Shown: one piece after another, positions 1 to 14,069 of the stretch
Position numbering within the stretch: the first letter of the stretch is position 1
Layout of the letters: each line of letters opens with the position of its first letter
Origin: Lingula anatina
Taxonomy: Eukaryota > Animalia > Brachiopoda
Direction of reading: 5' to 3'
Assembly (NCBI GenBank): GCA_051362555.1
Contig: CM120641.1
Coordinates: 10,788,001-10,852,000 of the forward strand
Length of the DNA: 64,000 nucleotides
Notes under the pieces: model-generated
What the model saw: the letters and a program-made list of their open reading frames with translations, nothing else
The model's database searches: none
What the model was told of the DNA's origin: nothing
Translations under genes and position numbers: made by a program

Positions 1-3000
1 TACCAAATCTCAGCAAGCCTGAAAAAAAAATGCATATGACACCTGCTCATTATGTACTGTTATAAATAAATAAATAAATAATCATGCATAGTTCAGTACA
101 ATGCAGACAATATTTACATGATGCACCACAACTTTTTACCCCTCAAATCAATTGATAATAAAGACTGTTGAACTTTTCTGTGGTAGATAAACAGTTATAT
201 TGCTTATCCAACAGACAGCATGCTCAGTCTGCTGTTGTCTTGGATCAAAATCACAATACCAACAAGTAGCAGTGTTTCTTGGAAATGCCACAGAGTGCAC
301 AAGCCCCTGATGCTAAAAGCCATCATTTGCAGCAATTTTAACAACCTTTTGACCTTATCTAAGTAGCCATCACTTGACTGCTTTTTTATATAATCTCTCT
401 GATGTCCAACCCACCACTCAAGGTGTATAACACAACTCTTGCATTATTGAGAGATGACATGGGTGTGACATGGTGTGTGGGGGTGGGGGTGGGGTGCCAC
501 CTGAAGATTGGACTAAAAAGATTTTGTAACAACTAGTCACAGTTCATCATTAACCACAAGATACATCTCACGTGATAAAACTTCACAGTGGATACTGTGT
601 ATCTAAGTTAACACAAACAGTTCTACTTATGACCACAATATTTTAGATTTAGGTAAAAGGAAAGTTAATACTTATCTCCAAAAAAATCAGTAGAATAAAA
701 GCTTTTCGACAATACTAAATATTAATGAACAAAAGAAAACCATGCCTTCAGTTCAGTAGGCCAGAATAGCTAACCAAATCCAGAACCCCAGACAGCTTAA
801 AATGAGATGTAAAATCATAGCAAAATAAAGGTCCCTTTGTAGTCTGGTGATGCAAGTTGCACTTTTCCACTGAAGATAGTCCACTTCCGGGTGTGGTAAT
901 AATGTCTAACCCAGGATACATACCAAGTACAGTAACTGTGGCCTCAGCCTGAGCTGTAGGGTGGGTCTGTCCTGGCTCACTAAGCACTGCCTCACACTGG
1001 TACACCCCCGCATCCTGAGTGGTCGGATTGAAGATGGTCAGAGTCCTGTTGTTGTACTGCAGAATGTTCCTATTATTGTCATGATTGATTGCTGTCCTCT
1101 GATTACCATTCTTTCTGAACCACAGGGTAGTCAAATAATTTCTGGGTCTGAAGACAAAAGGGAAATTAAGAGAAAAAAGCAAACCTATGTAATGTTTACA
1201 TAATACTAAACTACAAGGTGCCACAAAATACTCACTTGGAAGTATCTTTAACCCCAGCTGAAAAGTGGTGGCAATTTTTATTCTCGGCAAATTAATGTAA
1301 AAGAAAATTGAGGTTCCTTATTATCAAAAAAGTGCACCAAGGACCTCCAACATTTGCATATAATAATTATATCTTAAACTGTTAAATATTCAAGTAAACA
1401 TACTATCCACTTTTGATGAGAAAAGTGTGCCACAATTAAATTATGCTCATGAACAGGGGTTGATAAAGGGTAATTAAAAGCTTCTAGATGACATTCGTAA
1501 TATTTACTGGTCTTATATAGACTGTTAAGTAAACATTTATGGAATTTTACATATTGATATTTACTTTGCATTGGCCACACACTCCAATTTTATGGGGAGA
1601 CTTGTTCCTTCAGCTACTGTTACATCTTCTGGGGGTACAACAATCTCTGGTGAAATAGAGGATCGGTCATTGGTGCCTTGAAGAAAAAATATTGTTTTAG
1701 AACCATGAATTTAACAAGGTAATATACAAAATACTATTTGCAATATGCAACTTATGAGTTCTTGCACACATTCAGAAACATACACAGATTCATACATGCA
1801 CAAAAACACTTGCTGAGCATTTGGGAATAAACACTTGCATTTCTGGAAAACAATATTTCTTTCACTTTGCCTTCTGGAGAATACCTATCAGCTGTGTGCA
1901 TTTATCAAGCCCTCACAAACCTGCAGGGTATAATAACAAACAGCACATGGCACCTCTTAAACCAAATTTGATCCAGTTAAAGAAACTCCCTCTTGGCTAA
2001 TATGAACAAGTACTGGATTAAGTTATTAAGGCAACAAGCTAGCTTATAGAGAGAGCAAAAAGTACATGTTCACACACCTGATCAGCCAGAATGCTTTCTA
2101 CTATTTTTTTTTCTATCTGAAGATTTATCAGACACCTAGCTCTTTCTTGTTTTAATAGCTTATCAACTGAAAAAATACTAACAATTGTAAATGTTATTCG
2201 GTTATTCTATGTAAATGTTCAAATACTGCTAACAGTACAATATTAACAAAGGCTACATAATCACAGTCATCTAAGTGGTGATATACAATTTATACAAAAT
2301 TTCTACTTTTGCTATTGCCAGGAGGCATCTCCCATTCTTTATTCAAATAACACATTTCTCTTGCTTTTAAAAGTTTGAACTCTTACCAATTTTAAAAACA
2401 CTTAATAGCCATAGTCCAACCTTTTTATATTCAATACAACTCTTTATATCTGTCAGAAGTAGGCTTTAAAAAATGACCTCTATGCCAAAGCAATTTTGGC
2501 CCCAGGTATGAACTCTAACAATAAAAGCATGAATTTTAATTTCCTTGTCTGCCTTAGGAAATGAAAAAATACATAATCTCCCCACCAAAAATACTGCAAT
2601 TATGTTGCTGCTCCCATAAATTGATTACCAACCAATGTATTCCTGGCACTGCAGCATAGAAAACTATTTTCTAACATTTTTGTTAAATAAACCATTTTTT
2701 TTCAACAGCCTTAACCCATATCCAAAAGGCATGTTATGTCTCTTTTTAAATGCATGCACCCATTCACCTGGCCAAGTGGAAGGGAAATGATCAATAAAAA
2801 ATATTTTTTTCCTTTAGAATTTGACAGACATGTGGGTGGCAATTACTAGAATACTATTGATGATGCCAGAAACATTCTTATTTCCAAATTCCCATAAATA
2901 GTTCCTTACTTTGAGTTTTCAAAATTGCTTCATCTTACAATTCATCCCTGTTCTACAAATTTCCACTGGAATATTCTTTATAGTTTAAGATGCCCACTTT

Positions 3001-6000
3001 AAGGCCTTAAACTGTTTTCTCTCCTCTCTATTTCAAAAATATACAAAATAAAAGAAAAGTCTCATTGTGAGTTATTTATTTTAGTGAATAATGTACACGA
3101 GCACCCACCTTGCACCCTGAGGATAAAGTTGTGAGTCTGTCTCTCCTCTTGAGGTAAATAAGTATTTTTTGCTACTGCATGGAAACTTTTGGCATCTTGT
3201 TGGGAAGTTTCTGTGACAACTAGGTTATTTTTCAATGTTACATAATGCCTTGTCCAAGATGCTGGGTTGATTAAAATTCCCGCTTCAAACCACTGGACAG
3301 AGGCAGCAGGGTAGCTATTTATTGTTGGTAAGTTTATAATGGCTGCACTGCCTTCGCTGACTGTGACATCTTCACTTGTGGAACGGGTGGGGAAAGTTCC
3401 TAAATCTAAAATAAAAATACTTCATCAAACCTACAAGTTTAAAGGCAAATGTGAAACATGACCAAACAAAGAAAATATTACACTGAAAACTTACTGATTA
3501 CAAAACAGACTTGGCAATCTAATTCCAATAGTTGTTCATGCAATTTCGAGTAAACAAATAGTATTATCAAATAACAAAACCAAAATCCTAGATAAAAGAG
3601 AAAATACAGCACAAAATACCACGTCTGGATATGAAAACAAAACATCATTCTTTGAATTGTTACATGTTTCTGATGTATAATGACTACAGTTTAAAATGCA
3701 TTGAAAAACACAAATGAGGCATAATGGTGCAATACAAAACACTGTAAACCCTGAAATCATGAAAATACATCCAGGACCATAGGTTTCTTGATTTTAACAC
3801 CCATGTCTACAGTAGTGTGTGTGTGTGATAAAAATTTATCAAATGTAAGTAAGTGGAGTGACAACTATGAATCATTAATCAGCATCTTTCATGCCTCCAT
3901 GAATAAGTGCCATTGATATTAGTCCTCCTTTATGCCGACATTAGGAAATTGTTACAGGCAATAGATCACCTTTCAGGGAGGCAGCAAGTTCAGAGGGTCA
4001 CTAACTGGAGCTGATAACATTTAAAACAATTTTATCCAAGGTTTTTTCATGATTCAATAAAATACTTAGCAGCTAAATCAAGTCTTTTTTTTTCTCATTT
4101 AGATTCAAATTTTACTTTACAAGACGAGGCTTAGCACTTGCTTGATTAATGTGACAATTCCTTACATCGAACCAGATTCTATTGGAGATTTCTTAGATAA
4201 TTTTATGTGGGTAGAAACTGTACAGACCCCCCCGTAACTAAAAAAAGTTCAAAACAAGCTTAACAGTCCCCCCCCCCACCTAGGAAAGTTCTTTTTACCT
4301 TTGAGTGCTTAACCCAACAAGTATCTTCAAAGATGTTCAAAGAAAGAAACAACTGGTGAGAAATTCAGGTTTCATACTTACATGCTACATGTATTTGCAC
4401 CTTACTACTGAGTATTGCACCATGGGGGTTAGAAGCAAGGCACTGGTATTCTCCAGCATCCGCTACTTGAATATTTGTCAGTCTTATCGAAGTCCGACTG
4501 ATATTTCTGTATATAAACTGTCCATTTTTTAACCAGCTGTATAATGGCGGGGGATCTCCAGTAGCTTGGCACATTAAAAGTTTGTTGTTTCCCACCCATT
4601 CTGTACTTTCTTGTTGATTTGAACTTAAAAACCTCGTTGGAGGGGATTGAGCGTAACCTGTTAAAGAAAGAATAATATAATCTTATCAAGAATATAGTAT
4701 GATCCACATTGTATCATATTTCCTTGAAATAAGTGGTAATATACAAAGAGATGCTTATAGTGTTCAAGACCATGGATATTCACCTCAACAGGTGAGTCAA
4801 TGTGTTACATCTTTTGAGACCAATAATCATTATCTATACATGTATACCTACAAAAAATGTCCTTATAGCTGTTAAGTGTTGGTTATTGCATTAATCAAGT
4901 CCTTGAAATGTTTAACCATATGAAACAGAATCACAGATTTTATGTGTTTTAGATATCACAAGTAAGTGAAACTGTGCAGAGTGCTTTACAACAAGGCTAG
5001 ATAAGATTCACTTGACCCTATTTCTGGATCTAGATTTCTTATCAGCAGTCTGTATAGCAACTAAACTACATTCCTGCCATACCTAACAATCAATACCAAA
5101 GGTATTCTTTTTGTTTTCAATATTCTTAAATCAGTAGCCCCTTAAACAAACAATTCAATATTTCCAATGGTATATAAGCAATTGAACTACCATCTGTATA
5201 TACACACAAAGACATCCATGGCAGTCGTGACAAAGCCCTGACTCATCGCCTTATTACAAATAGGGCACAGGTAGGCAGTCTATCAAGACTAGCAGTGAAG
5301 TAGACCAGACAGCAGGTGAAAATACCATATCAATGCCTTCAGAGCCAGATGTGCTACATTCTACATCTGCAGTCCTACACAGGGGGTTCTCATTTAATCA
5401 TGCTAATCGCCTTAATTAATCCATTGGTAAATGGAGATATCTCCCAAGATTTTCTAGGGCTTTTAATGATGTAATGCGACTTAATCAAGTCTCACTGGAA
5501 TAAGTAAATTTGCACTCAGAAGCACTGAGATTAAGACATAACCAATACAACTATAATTAATATAATAATTACATTAGCAATGTACTCAATAGTACATTAA
5601 CTTGGGTCAGATCTGACATCCTGCTTAGTGAACAAAATATTTCTTTATCTGCTATTCTCTCAGATCTAAAATTATACCTATTGTAACTTCACCTTCTAGT
5701 CTTATCAGAGAGGCATATGTGCCATGTTAGCAGTGATTGTGATCTAATTGTTCAATGATTGTAGTACAGAGAGAAGCATGAATCATATAATTGCTGTAGT
5801 ATTATCTACAGACAGGGGGTGTATGTGGGGTTCTGACTAGATATGATTATAGGAGGAATGCAGAAAAATGTCAGTTTTCAAAAAATATATTTTACATGTA
5901 CATCTTAAGTATATCTTGCAGTAAATCTGCCAGTTTGGGTCGAAGAAACCCAACTAGATTACTTGAACAGCTATGAAACAAACATGTTTGCCAGAGACAA

Positions 6001-9000
6001 ATTACCACATTGTAAACTTTAAGCAAACAAAAGCACAGGTATTGAAAGCTAGCACTTTTCACAGTATTCCACAGTATGTAAAAGCAGGAGACTTATTAAA
6101 GTCAAGGAGGCAAATTATCAACACCATCTCAACCTGAATCATCAAATGCCTTCTTAATATGGGCATTTTTACAATCCTGGGCTCCTTTTTTTCCCACCAA
6201 GGGTCAAAAATAGAAGTCATTATTGTGTTGAAATTTGTACTTTTCTTGAAAGTATAGACCTGAAGGGTATAAGAAATGACAATCCCGAGATAAAACCTTG
6301 TGTATGAATAAAGATATGATTATTTGAATTTTGAAAATCATTTTTTTAATTTTCATAAGCTAAACCTTGAAGTGTGTGACTTTTAGGATAATTTAAGGTA
6401 TTGATCTCCAAAAAAACACTTAGTTTTACTCAGAGAGTATTGTTCTTTTATGTATTGGCAAAAAAAATGGATGAAAATATCCAAAATTTGACGAATCAAT
6501 GATATTTTGTAATTTTCCTGTTTCAGTATTAAATGTGACTCCATGAAGTTTTTGATTCTGAGATATTCTGAGGACTTCTGTACTTCACTTTACCTTGCAT
6601 TAGTTCTTTATGTTATGCTTCATGATTGTGTAAAATATTATTTTGCACAGACATGTGTGCTAATTGCAGTGTCATGTTAAAATAAATGTCCTTTCCGAAA
6701 CATCCCTGTTTCGGAAAGGACATTTTTTTAAACATTTATGATATTGTTTTAATATATTGTAGTATTTGAGTTTATAAGTTTTAGGTAAAGTCTATGAATA
6801 ACTGGGCAAAATAGGTAGAAGCTGAACTAAAATTGAAGTCTTTTTATTACATTTTGTGCTTGTTTTGTCTATTCTGTACTAGTAATTCATTAGTGGAATT
6901 TTATTTTATTTAATATTGATTCTGAGATATATTCCAGGTATTCTTTACGCCATTATACCTTATTCCAGTTTCTTTTGTTACAGTTCATAGCTGCATAAAA
7001 TTTTATTTGACAATGTCAGATTTACCAACAGTAAAGACATGTTTAAAAATATGTCCTTTTAGACATGTCCTTGTTTCGGAATGGACATTTATTTAACATT
7101 TATGAAATTGCCTTAAGATCTTATAGTATGTTGGTTTCCAAGGTACAGGTGAAGCAATCTTTGGACAAAATATGAGTAAACTAGATTAAAACTGAACTGT
7201 TTTTATTACATTAATTGGTCATTTTGGATAGTTTTTTATTCTTTTTTGAAATGGTACTCCATTAGTATTTGATCATGACATAAAATAGACTCTTCTACAC
7301 TCCATTATACCCTATTCTACTGCCTTTTGATACAGCTCATAGCTGTATAAAATATTATTTGACAAGGTCAGGTTTAAATTAATAAATTACATTTTTAAAT
7401 ATGCCCTTTTAGGCATGTCCTGTGTTTCGGAATAGACATTTATTTAACATTTACGAAATTGCTTAAATGATATATATAGATATAGATATAGATATATATA
7501 TATATAGAGAGAGATGTATCATGATGTATGTATATATTATAAATAATCACAGGAAGTTAATTATAACCTGTGTCTGCCTGCAAGTGCCTCTGTAAACCAT
7601 GCCAGTGAACTGACTCTTGCAACTTTAACACGTGTAGCCTCATAACTATTTTCGAATACTTTTATGTACATCATAAGTAAGCAATATTTAAAGTAAGGTA
7701 AGCTATATTATTCAAAATTACATTCTACATAAATTTGATGTGCTTCCCATCATCCTCTTCCTCATGAATAATAAATAGATGAGCAGACCAAAGAGTGAAC
7801 AAGTGTTTTAGACAATGTGTTAAAAAATGTCCTTTCCGATACAAAGCATCCAAATTGCCTTTATTTCTATTTATACTGATATAATCTCTTCAATCAGTTG
7901 TTAATTTAACTTTGAAATATATGAACTTTGGGAAAATATGCAATGGAAGTTCTAGTAGATCCAAAGAAAAGATGCCGACTTGCAAAAATGATTTTTTTTT
8001 TGTTGAGGATATATATAGAAATTTAAAAAGATGCCACTGAAGAAATGTTTTTCTATTATTTTTATGTCATATGCATGATGCTCTAACAGTAATTTGCTCA
8101 TGTCAAGTGAAACATACAGCATTAAAGACAGAATTCTCTCTATTTATAACATTGGCAATGTAAAGGTACTTTGTTTCGGAATGGACAATTTTTAACAAGC
8201 ATCTCAAAAAAGGCCACAGTTAAATGGGTTTCTGTGCACTGGGGTTTTCTTATATAAAAATAAATATCACATGTCCTGGGCTTTAGAGAAATATATATTG
8301 TTACAGGCTAGGTGTCAACATGTTCTTTTTATGTAAGAGAAACCTAATGTTTCGGAATGGACAAATTTAACGGAAATACACGGTAGGGTTATTTTGCACT
8401 CCATGTCAAGCTCCAGAATCATCGCGCAGATTTCATTATTTGATACAAACAATACCAATACATCCAAATAATGATTAGGATGGTTAATTATACTGTATGT
8501 TTTATGATATATTTTCTGAAAGTAATTTATTTTTGTTTCGGAATGGACATTTCGTTTAACGGAAATACCAGCATGCCATTAAAAGACTTTTTTTTCTAGG
8601 ATAGACCTCTCTCCTGTTAATATTTAAACTTTTTTGCTTCCACCATACTACTGAGTGTTTTATAATCCAAAAAAATGCAATGTCAAACACTGTTTTAATT
8701 TATTTCAGATTGCTTTTTATTTCATATGACTAAAACGGGAAAAATTTTTGGTCATTTTTCGGGCTTTGCTTTAGCATAACTTTGGACTCGGTGGTGATAT
8801 TTGGTTTCTATTTTCAGTGTTTATTTTCACTTACACCATTCTCTAACATAGTGATAAAAGAATTCTTTGATCATATGTATGTAATTTGTTAATTAGCAAT
8901 ATGTGGGAAAATCTGAAAAGTGCCCAGGATTGTAAAAATGCCCATATATCCTGTATTCTTCCACCTGTTGGGGGTGATATATTTAAAATGTAAATTTATA

Positions 9001-9553
9001 ATAAGAGCCATTTAACATTATTATTTCTACACAATTTTTTTTCTTGTCATGTTGTCTTTTATTCACAGCATTCTAATTTAAAGGAATTTAGATGATGTCC
9101 ATTTATTTTTTTTTTTAACGACCCATACTGTGGTTTCAAGTTTACCTGTATATCTATTTATTTATGATATGCTAGTAATGCTATTTTACTGATCCACTTA
9201 TCAACCTAAATGGGCAATCATTTTACAATACTGACATATGAGGGTTTAGAAACTAATGCCATGAAGTCCTAATTATCTGCAAATTTCCTGGATTCAATCA
9301 TAAATATCAATTCATTTGTAATGTTTTGCCTATAACCTACAGGCACATAAAATAGGAAATTACTTTCAATGACAGCATTAACATGGTTTGTTTGTCTTAT
9401 GCATTTCTAATTATAATGTTACAATTACGATTATATAAATCATCATACTGCCTAATCAGATGTATACAAACCTGGATAGATTGTATGTCCTGCAATCACA
9501 GATAGCACCATTAACCATCTTGAAAATTTATGGAAATAAGTCCTGGTAAACAT
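1..9553 (-). CDS. SDK: Sidekick-like Ig-superfamily cell adhesion molecule, 5' part (runs off the window start). Exons ~9553-9472, 4657-4382, 3405-3109, 1676-1565, 1147-924, 18-<1
   Basis: Phase-compatible GT-AG exons give a signal-peptide-like N-terminus (MFTRTYFHKFSRWLMVLSVIAG), Ig1 (LMCQATGDPPPLYSW...DAGEYQCLASN), a Cys-less Ig2 (VAYLGTF...AAIINLPTINSYPAASVQW) resembling Sidekick Ig2, and Ig3 (LECVANAK...DAGVYQCEA). The first coding exon is the least certain. Confidence 0.85.
6161..8943. mobile_element. Non-autonomous TIR DNA transposon (Sola-like?) in sidekick intron 1
   Basis: 22-bp perfect TIR GGGCATTTTTACAATCCTGGGC at 6161 with its reverse complement ending at 8943, ATAT on both flanks, ~350-bp internal tandem units and a recurring TGTTTCGGAATGGACA motif. 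No transposase ORF seen. Confidence 0.8.
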
Positions 9554-10039
9554 GATCAACTTCTTTTTTCTAGAAAAATACAGGGTACCACTTCTGATAA
9601 ATTATTGTGTCTGGGCACTTGACACAGAAATCAGAGGCTTAGTTTAGGTTCCTTAGTTTACGTCAGTTTCTTTGGCGTGTACTCAAAACGCATAAAATTT
9701 TCTAGAACATTTCAACACTCGAACTTATTCTTAAAAGTATCACATCCCTTCTCCTGTGGTAACCGCTGTCATCGTTATTTCAAAACTTCAGCTTTTCTAA
9801 TATCCAAGGTGTAAACAAAGTGGTACTCCCATACGCGTGCTGTAGTCGGCCATGTTGAAATACACGGGCACTCGTTTCTTTCAATTTTGTTGAAAAAAAC
9901 TTTTCCAACAGGTGTACATATCGTTATCTTTGTGTGGTAGATCTTCTAATAACTTTCCCAACACTTCAAGGTAGTTTGATCGGCTCGGTAGAATCCAGAA
10001 CAGTAAAATTCCTATTGTTGTTGAGCATTCGAGGGTGAA

Positions 10040-10110
10040 TGCCACTACTATGGTTTAAAATACCCTACCGGTCACATGACCTACGCACCAACAGGTGATT
10101 GGTCGCAAGT
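10040..10110 (-). promoter_or_regulatory. Probable sidekick promoter elements
   Basis: CpG-enriched patch (~9650-10400) upstream of the start codon, with palindrome GGTCACATGACC (E-box) and a CCAAT box (GATTGG on +). Confidence 0.4.
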
Positions 10111-10898
10111 GCTTCCCACAAGAATGTGTCATTTGTCTCATATTAGTGTGTCACATTTCCGGAGCACAGTGATTGCACTCGTTCCTTTTGTGACGAAGGA
10201 ATGTCACTTTAGTTTATTGTAAATGTTTAAGGCATAAAAAGTGTTGCGCACTGCTCCAAGAAATGTAAAACTACTGTAACAAGACATTCATTACAAGGAA
10301 ATTTTATGGATATTGTGTTAGTTGCGACAGGTAAAAAAACCAGGTCAACACGCGCATTCGTAGTGCAATACTTTGACATCAAATATTATTTTCATCATTT
10401 TCTTTTCTCCTGATAATTCTTACAAATGTACAGTAGTTGCGTCTTATCACTTTTCACACGCATGCATAAACATACTGATAATTAAGTATAAAAAACTTAT
10501 CAAGAAAACTTTTCTTCTCTTTCTTTCTTGTATGACAAATGTGCATAAACGTACTGATAATGAGAAAATAAAAATAAAACAAAAACTGTTATCAGGAAAA
10601 CTTTACATCTCATGCTTTCTATATGACAAAAATATATAAAATGTTATAAAAACAGACATGATCATTTCCAATTTTATAAAAGTATCATTTTCACTTTGCC
10701 TGTCCAAAGGATCAAAAAGTTTTTTCCTCCAGGTGTACCATATTGATACTTTTAAATGGTATAAATAAACATGCATAAAGAAAATTGTTTTTTAAGCTGA
10801 CCCAATTTCTCTCCACTAAAAATAGTAAACAATCATTCATTCATACAGTTAATTCATAATTCAACCATGGAAACTCTCTCCATAATTAACATTGCAAT

Positions 10899-13680
10899 TT
10901 AAATAAAATGACTGCGATCTAGCACATCAAATTCTACCCCAAATATCCCCTCTTTTGTTGATTGCTTTGCCAATGCTGCAAGTGATCTAAGGAATTCTTT
11001 TTCAAATTCGTAACCTGCTTCATCACAGTTCTCCTCACTGACATCAGTGGGAAAGGATAATCTTAGGTGTTCTAAGCAGAGTGGAAATGGTTGCATCATT
11101 TGAATGCTTTCAAGTAGTTCAAATCGATCAAAAGCATTCTGACAAATATTGATGTATTTCAGCTTTCTTAATAAACATATACCTTTCAAAAGGTCCATGA
11201 GATGGGAGGTCTTGAATGAACAGGATTCCAATTCTAGAACAATCAGATTTGAAAAATTTGAAAACAGTTCACCAAGTGAAGTGAAAGACAATGTCCCCAG
11301 CACATTTTCACTTAAATCTAACTCTGTTATTACTGCAGAATGATGAGACCTCACAAGAAAGCTGACATCCGTTTCATTCAAGCAACATCCAGCAACACGC
11401 AAGTACTGTAAAGGCTGCACTATATACCCTATTACCCACAGTTTGTGTTTTAATCTATTGTTACTCAAATCTAACCTCTTCAAACATTTCAATTCTTTAA
11501 ACATAGACATCAGTGCTTCACATGCTTCATGATGTTTTTGCCAATTGATGTTGTTGCAAGATAAGTCCAGGGCTGTGATTTTGTAAAATCGAGAAATAAG
11601 TGGAGCAAGGCGCACAATCCCATCTTCGGAAAGGGCATTATACTTGAGTCTCAGTCCTAATAGGTGCTGAAATAAAGAATGGTAAATTTTTGTAGAAGTG
11701 ACTTAAAAGATATGCATTTTATTGATTAAAAGAGACAGCCTCAATAAAAAGTAGAAATAAAACAATCAACATAAAATAAATTTAAGAATGACTACACAAG
11801 TAAAATTTCAACCTATAAAAAAGACATCCACGTATAAAATAAAGACATTTTTCATTTATACAACACATCAGAAAAAGATAAATTATATCAAAGTAGATTT
11901 GTGATGTACTACCTCGGGTATCAAATATTGCAGCAGGATGGTAAGTCTGGCCTCACCAATGCAGGTGGCATCCATTTTGGTCACTTGTACACCAAAGTGG
12001 ACATTCTGGAACTGAGAGACCTTTAATGCCTTACATAGCTCCATGTGGTTCTCTCCATTGGTAACACAGGCATCAAGTTGAATTCTATCTGTAATGCAAG
12101 GAAACGTCATTATCTAATTGACCAACAAATACACATCAATAATAATAAATGAAGTACCTTGGAGGTTGCATAAAAATATATTGGGCCACATTTCATGACT
12201 GTAGATTTAGGAAGGTTAGATCACTTCATATCAAGACAAAGTGTGTTCTTTAGAAAACTGATGACACTAATGATACTTTTTAGAGTTTTCAGATGAAAAG
12301 TAATGTTGACAAATAAGATTAATTTTTTTTCTACAAAATAAACTTTTGCTTGTTTGTTTCTTCACTAATATTCATACATGCTGAGTTGAAAAGAGATGAA
12401 AGAGGACCTTTTGCAGAAATCCTGAAAATGCTAGCACTGAAGGCCCACAGCTCAATTTGGGGACATAAATACAGCATAAATATCCGGATAAATGCAAAAG
12501 AATTTAATCTCAACACATTTCTGGTCTGAAATGGTTTCAATTACAGATTACTTTTGGTTTTACTTACAACTGTCATCAGGTGGCAATGTTTCATCTACAG
12601 TATACACTGTTCTTTCTGAATCATCCGTAGATTCTTTCATTATATTGTTGTAAGCAGCAATAACTTCCTTTTGCTTTCCTTCATTGTACACAAGTAAACA
12701 GTGGGATGCTAGGTACTGCACAATGATTTCCGCTGAAATGCATATCATATCCATTTTGATTATAATCTAATTAATAAAATTATTATTATTTTTATTTTTA
12801 GTATTATTATTATTATTATTAATACCCCTGCTCGAGTATTGCATATCTAAGTGAAGTGCAAATGGAAGGAATACATGCTCTCACTTATATCAAGGCAAAA
12901 TTTTTAAAATGCCTTATAAATGTAAATTAATTCATAGGTTATAGTGATGGTCAATAAGCACTTAAAATGGTTAAAGAAAACAGAAAGTTATGCTATACAT
13001 TTTCTTTTTCATGTTGAATAATCATGGTGACTATAACATCTTTATGATATTGAAAAAAAAAAAGAACATGTGAAGAGAAAAAAAGAAAGAAATTAAGTCC
13101 CTTAAAGTCTCCCATTAACTTCTTTTGCTGAGAAGAAGATAAGAAATAAATCTAAGCCTTATGCAAAAAAAAAATACAAAAAGAAAATATGTTAACCTGC
13201 TGGAAATCCAGACATGTCCAAGTACTTTAATTTTGTGGGTGTCCTTTTCTTTAAACACTCTACAAAGGTATGGGCCAAAGTTGTAGTGTACTTGACTGCC
13301 ATTCGCATATGATCTTTTGCATTCTCTACATTGTAAACCTGGGATACTCCTTGAAACAAATCAGGTGCCAGGTCTCGAACCGATAAGACCGCATAAGGCC
13401 AATGAGCAAGCAAGACCTCCATGGCGCGATCTCTATTTCTTCCAAGTGCAGCTCTCATTAAAGTTATGCACAATTCAGCCGGGATCGAACGAATTGATTT
13501 CAATGTTAAACTTGAATCCATGACAATTTTCTGTGCAGTTATATCAGCCAAAGAGGCTGCTGAATAATCTTTGAGAAATTGCGGTAGCATACAGGAACAA
13601 GTCGAGTGGGTTGAGCCCGCGACTTCAAGTTCAACTGGGTATAGAGCTCCTGTTAAATTCGATAAAAATTCTGTCCCCAT
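10899..13680 (-). CDS. LRRC14: Leucine-rich repeat protein 14-like (PRAME/LRRC14 family). Exons 13680-13197, 12732-12568, 12088-11913, 11666-10899
   Basis: N-terminal SLADITAQKIV / IPAELCITLMRAAL / LLAHWPYAVLSV / KLKYLDMSG segments are typical of PRAME/LRRC14, followed by RI-like LRRs (ITALDLSCNNI, LKRLDLSNNRL, ITELDLSENVL). Four exons splice in frame. Confidence 0.8.
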
Positions 13681-14069
13681 GATGACTTCTTTAAATCAGC
13701 ATAATGCCAAGAATACCTAATTGACTTTTCAGGAAATTTAACACAGTCGCATCCTGAGGTAACTGTGACAGTGAAAGCTTCAGACGTTGAGCTTGCCAAC
13801 AGACCGGAAATGTGGCGATAAACAGGAAGTTGCGCGAGGGAGGGAATGTATGAATGGTTTCATTTTTGGAACACTCGGAACTCTTCAGATGTCTCGCGCA
13901 TTGCCGATTGTTTTTGGAAGAGACACTGTTTTGTCTTAAAACATTTAGACCTGGAACGTAAAGTTTTATGTCGGAGAACATATATATATGAAAGTCTTTT
14001 GTATAAACAGATGTGCATATTACTTCAGGTGCTACTTATATTAGTTTCACTGTCATAAGTCATATAAAC
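13681..14069. promoter_or_regulatory. Bidirectional promoter between LRRC14-like and RSAD1
   Basis: Divergent start codons 390 bp apart, CpG-rich, ETS-type sites ACCGGAAAT (~13803) and CAGGAAGT (~13823). Confidence 0.6.

Noticed and set aside
10461-10636. ~80-bp tandem duplication and 88-aa ORF (10373-10639)
   Set aside because: Low-complexity AT-rich intergenic or 3' UTR duplication with no coding signal.
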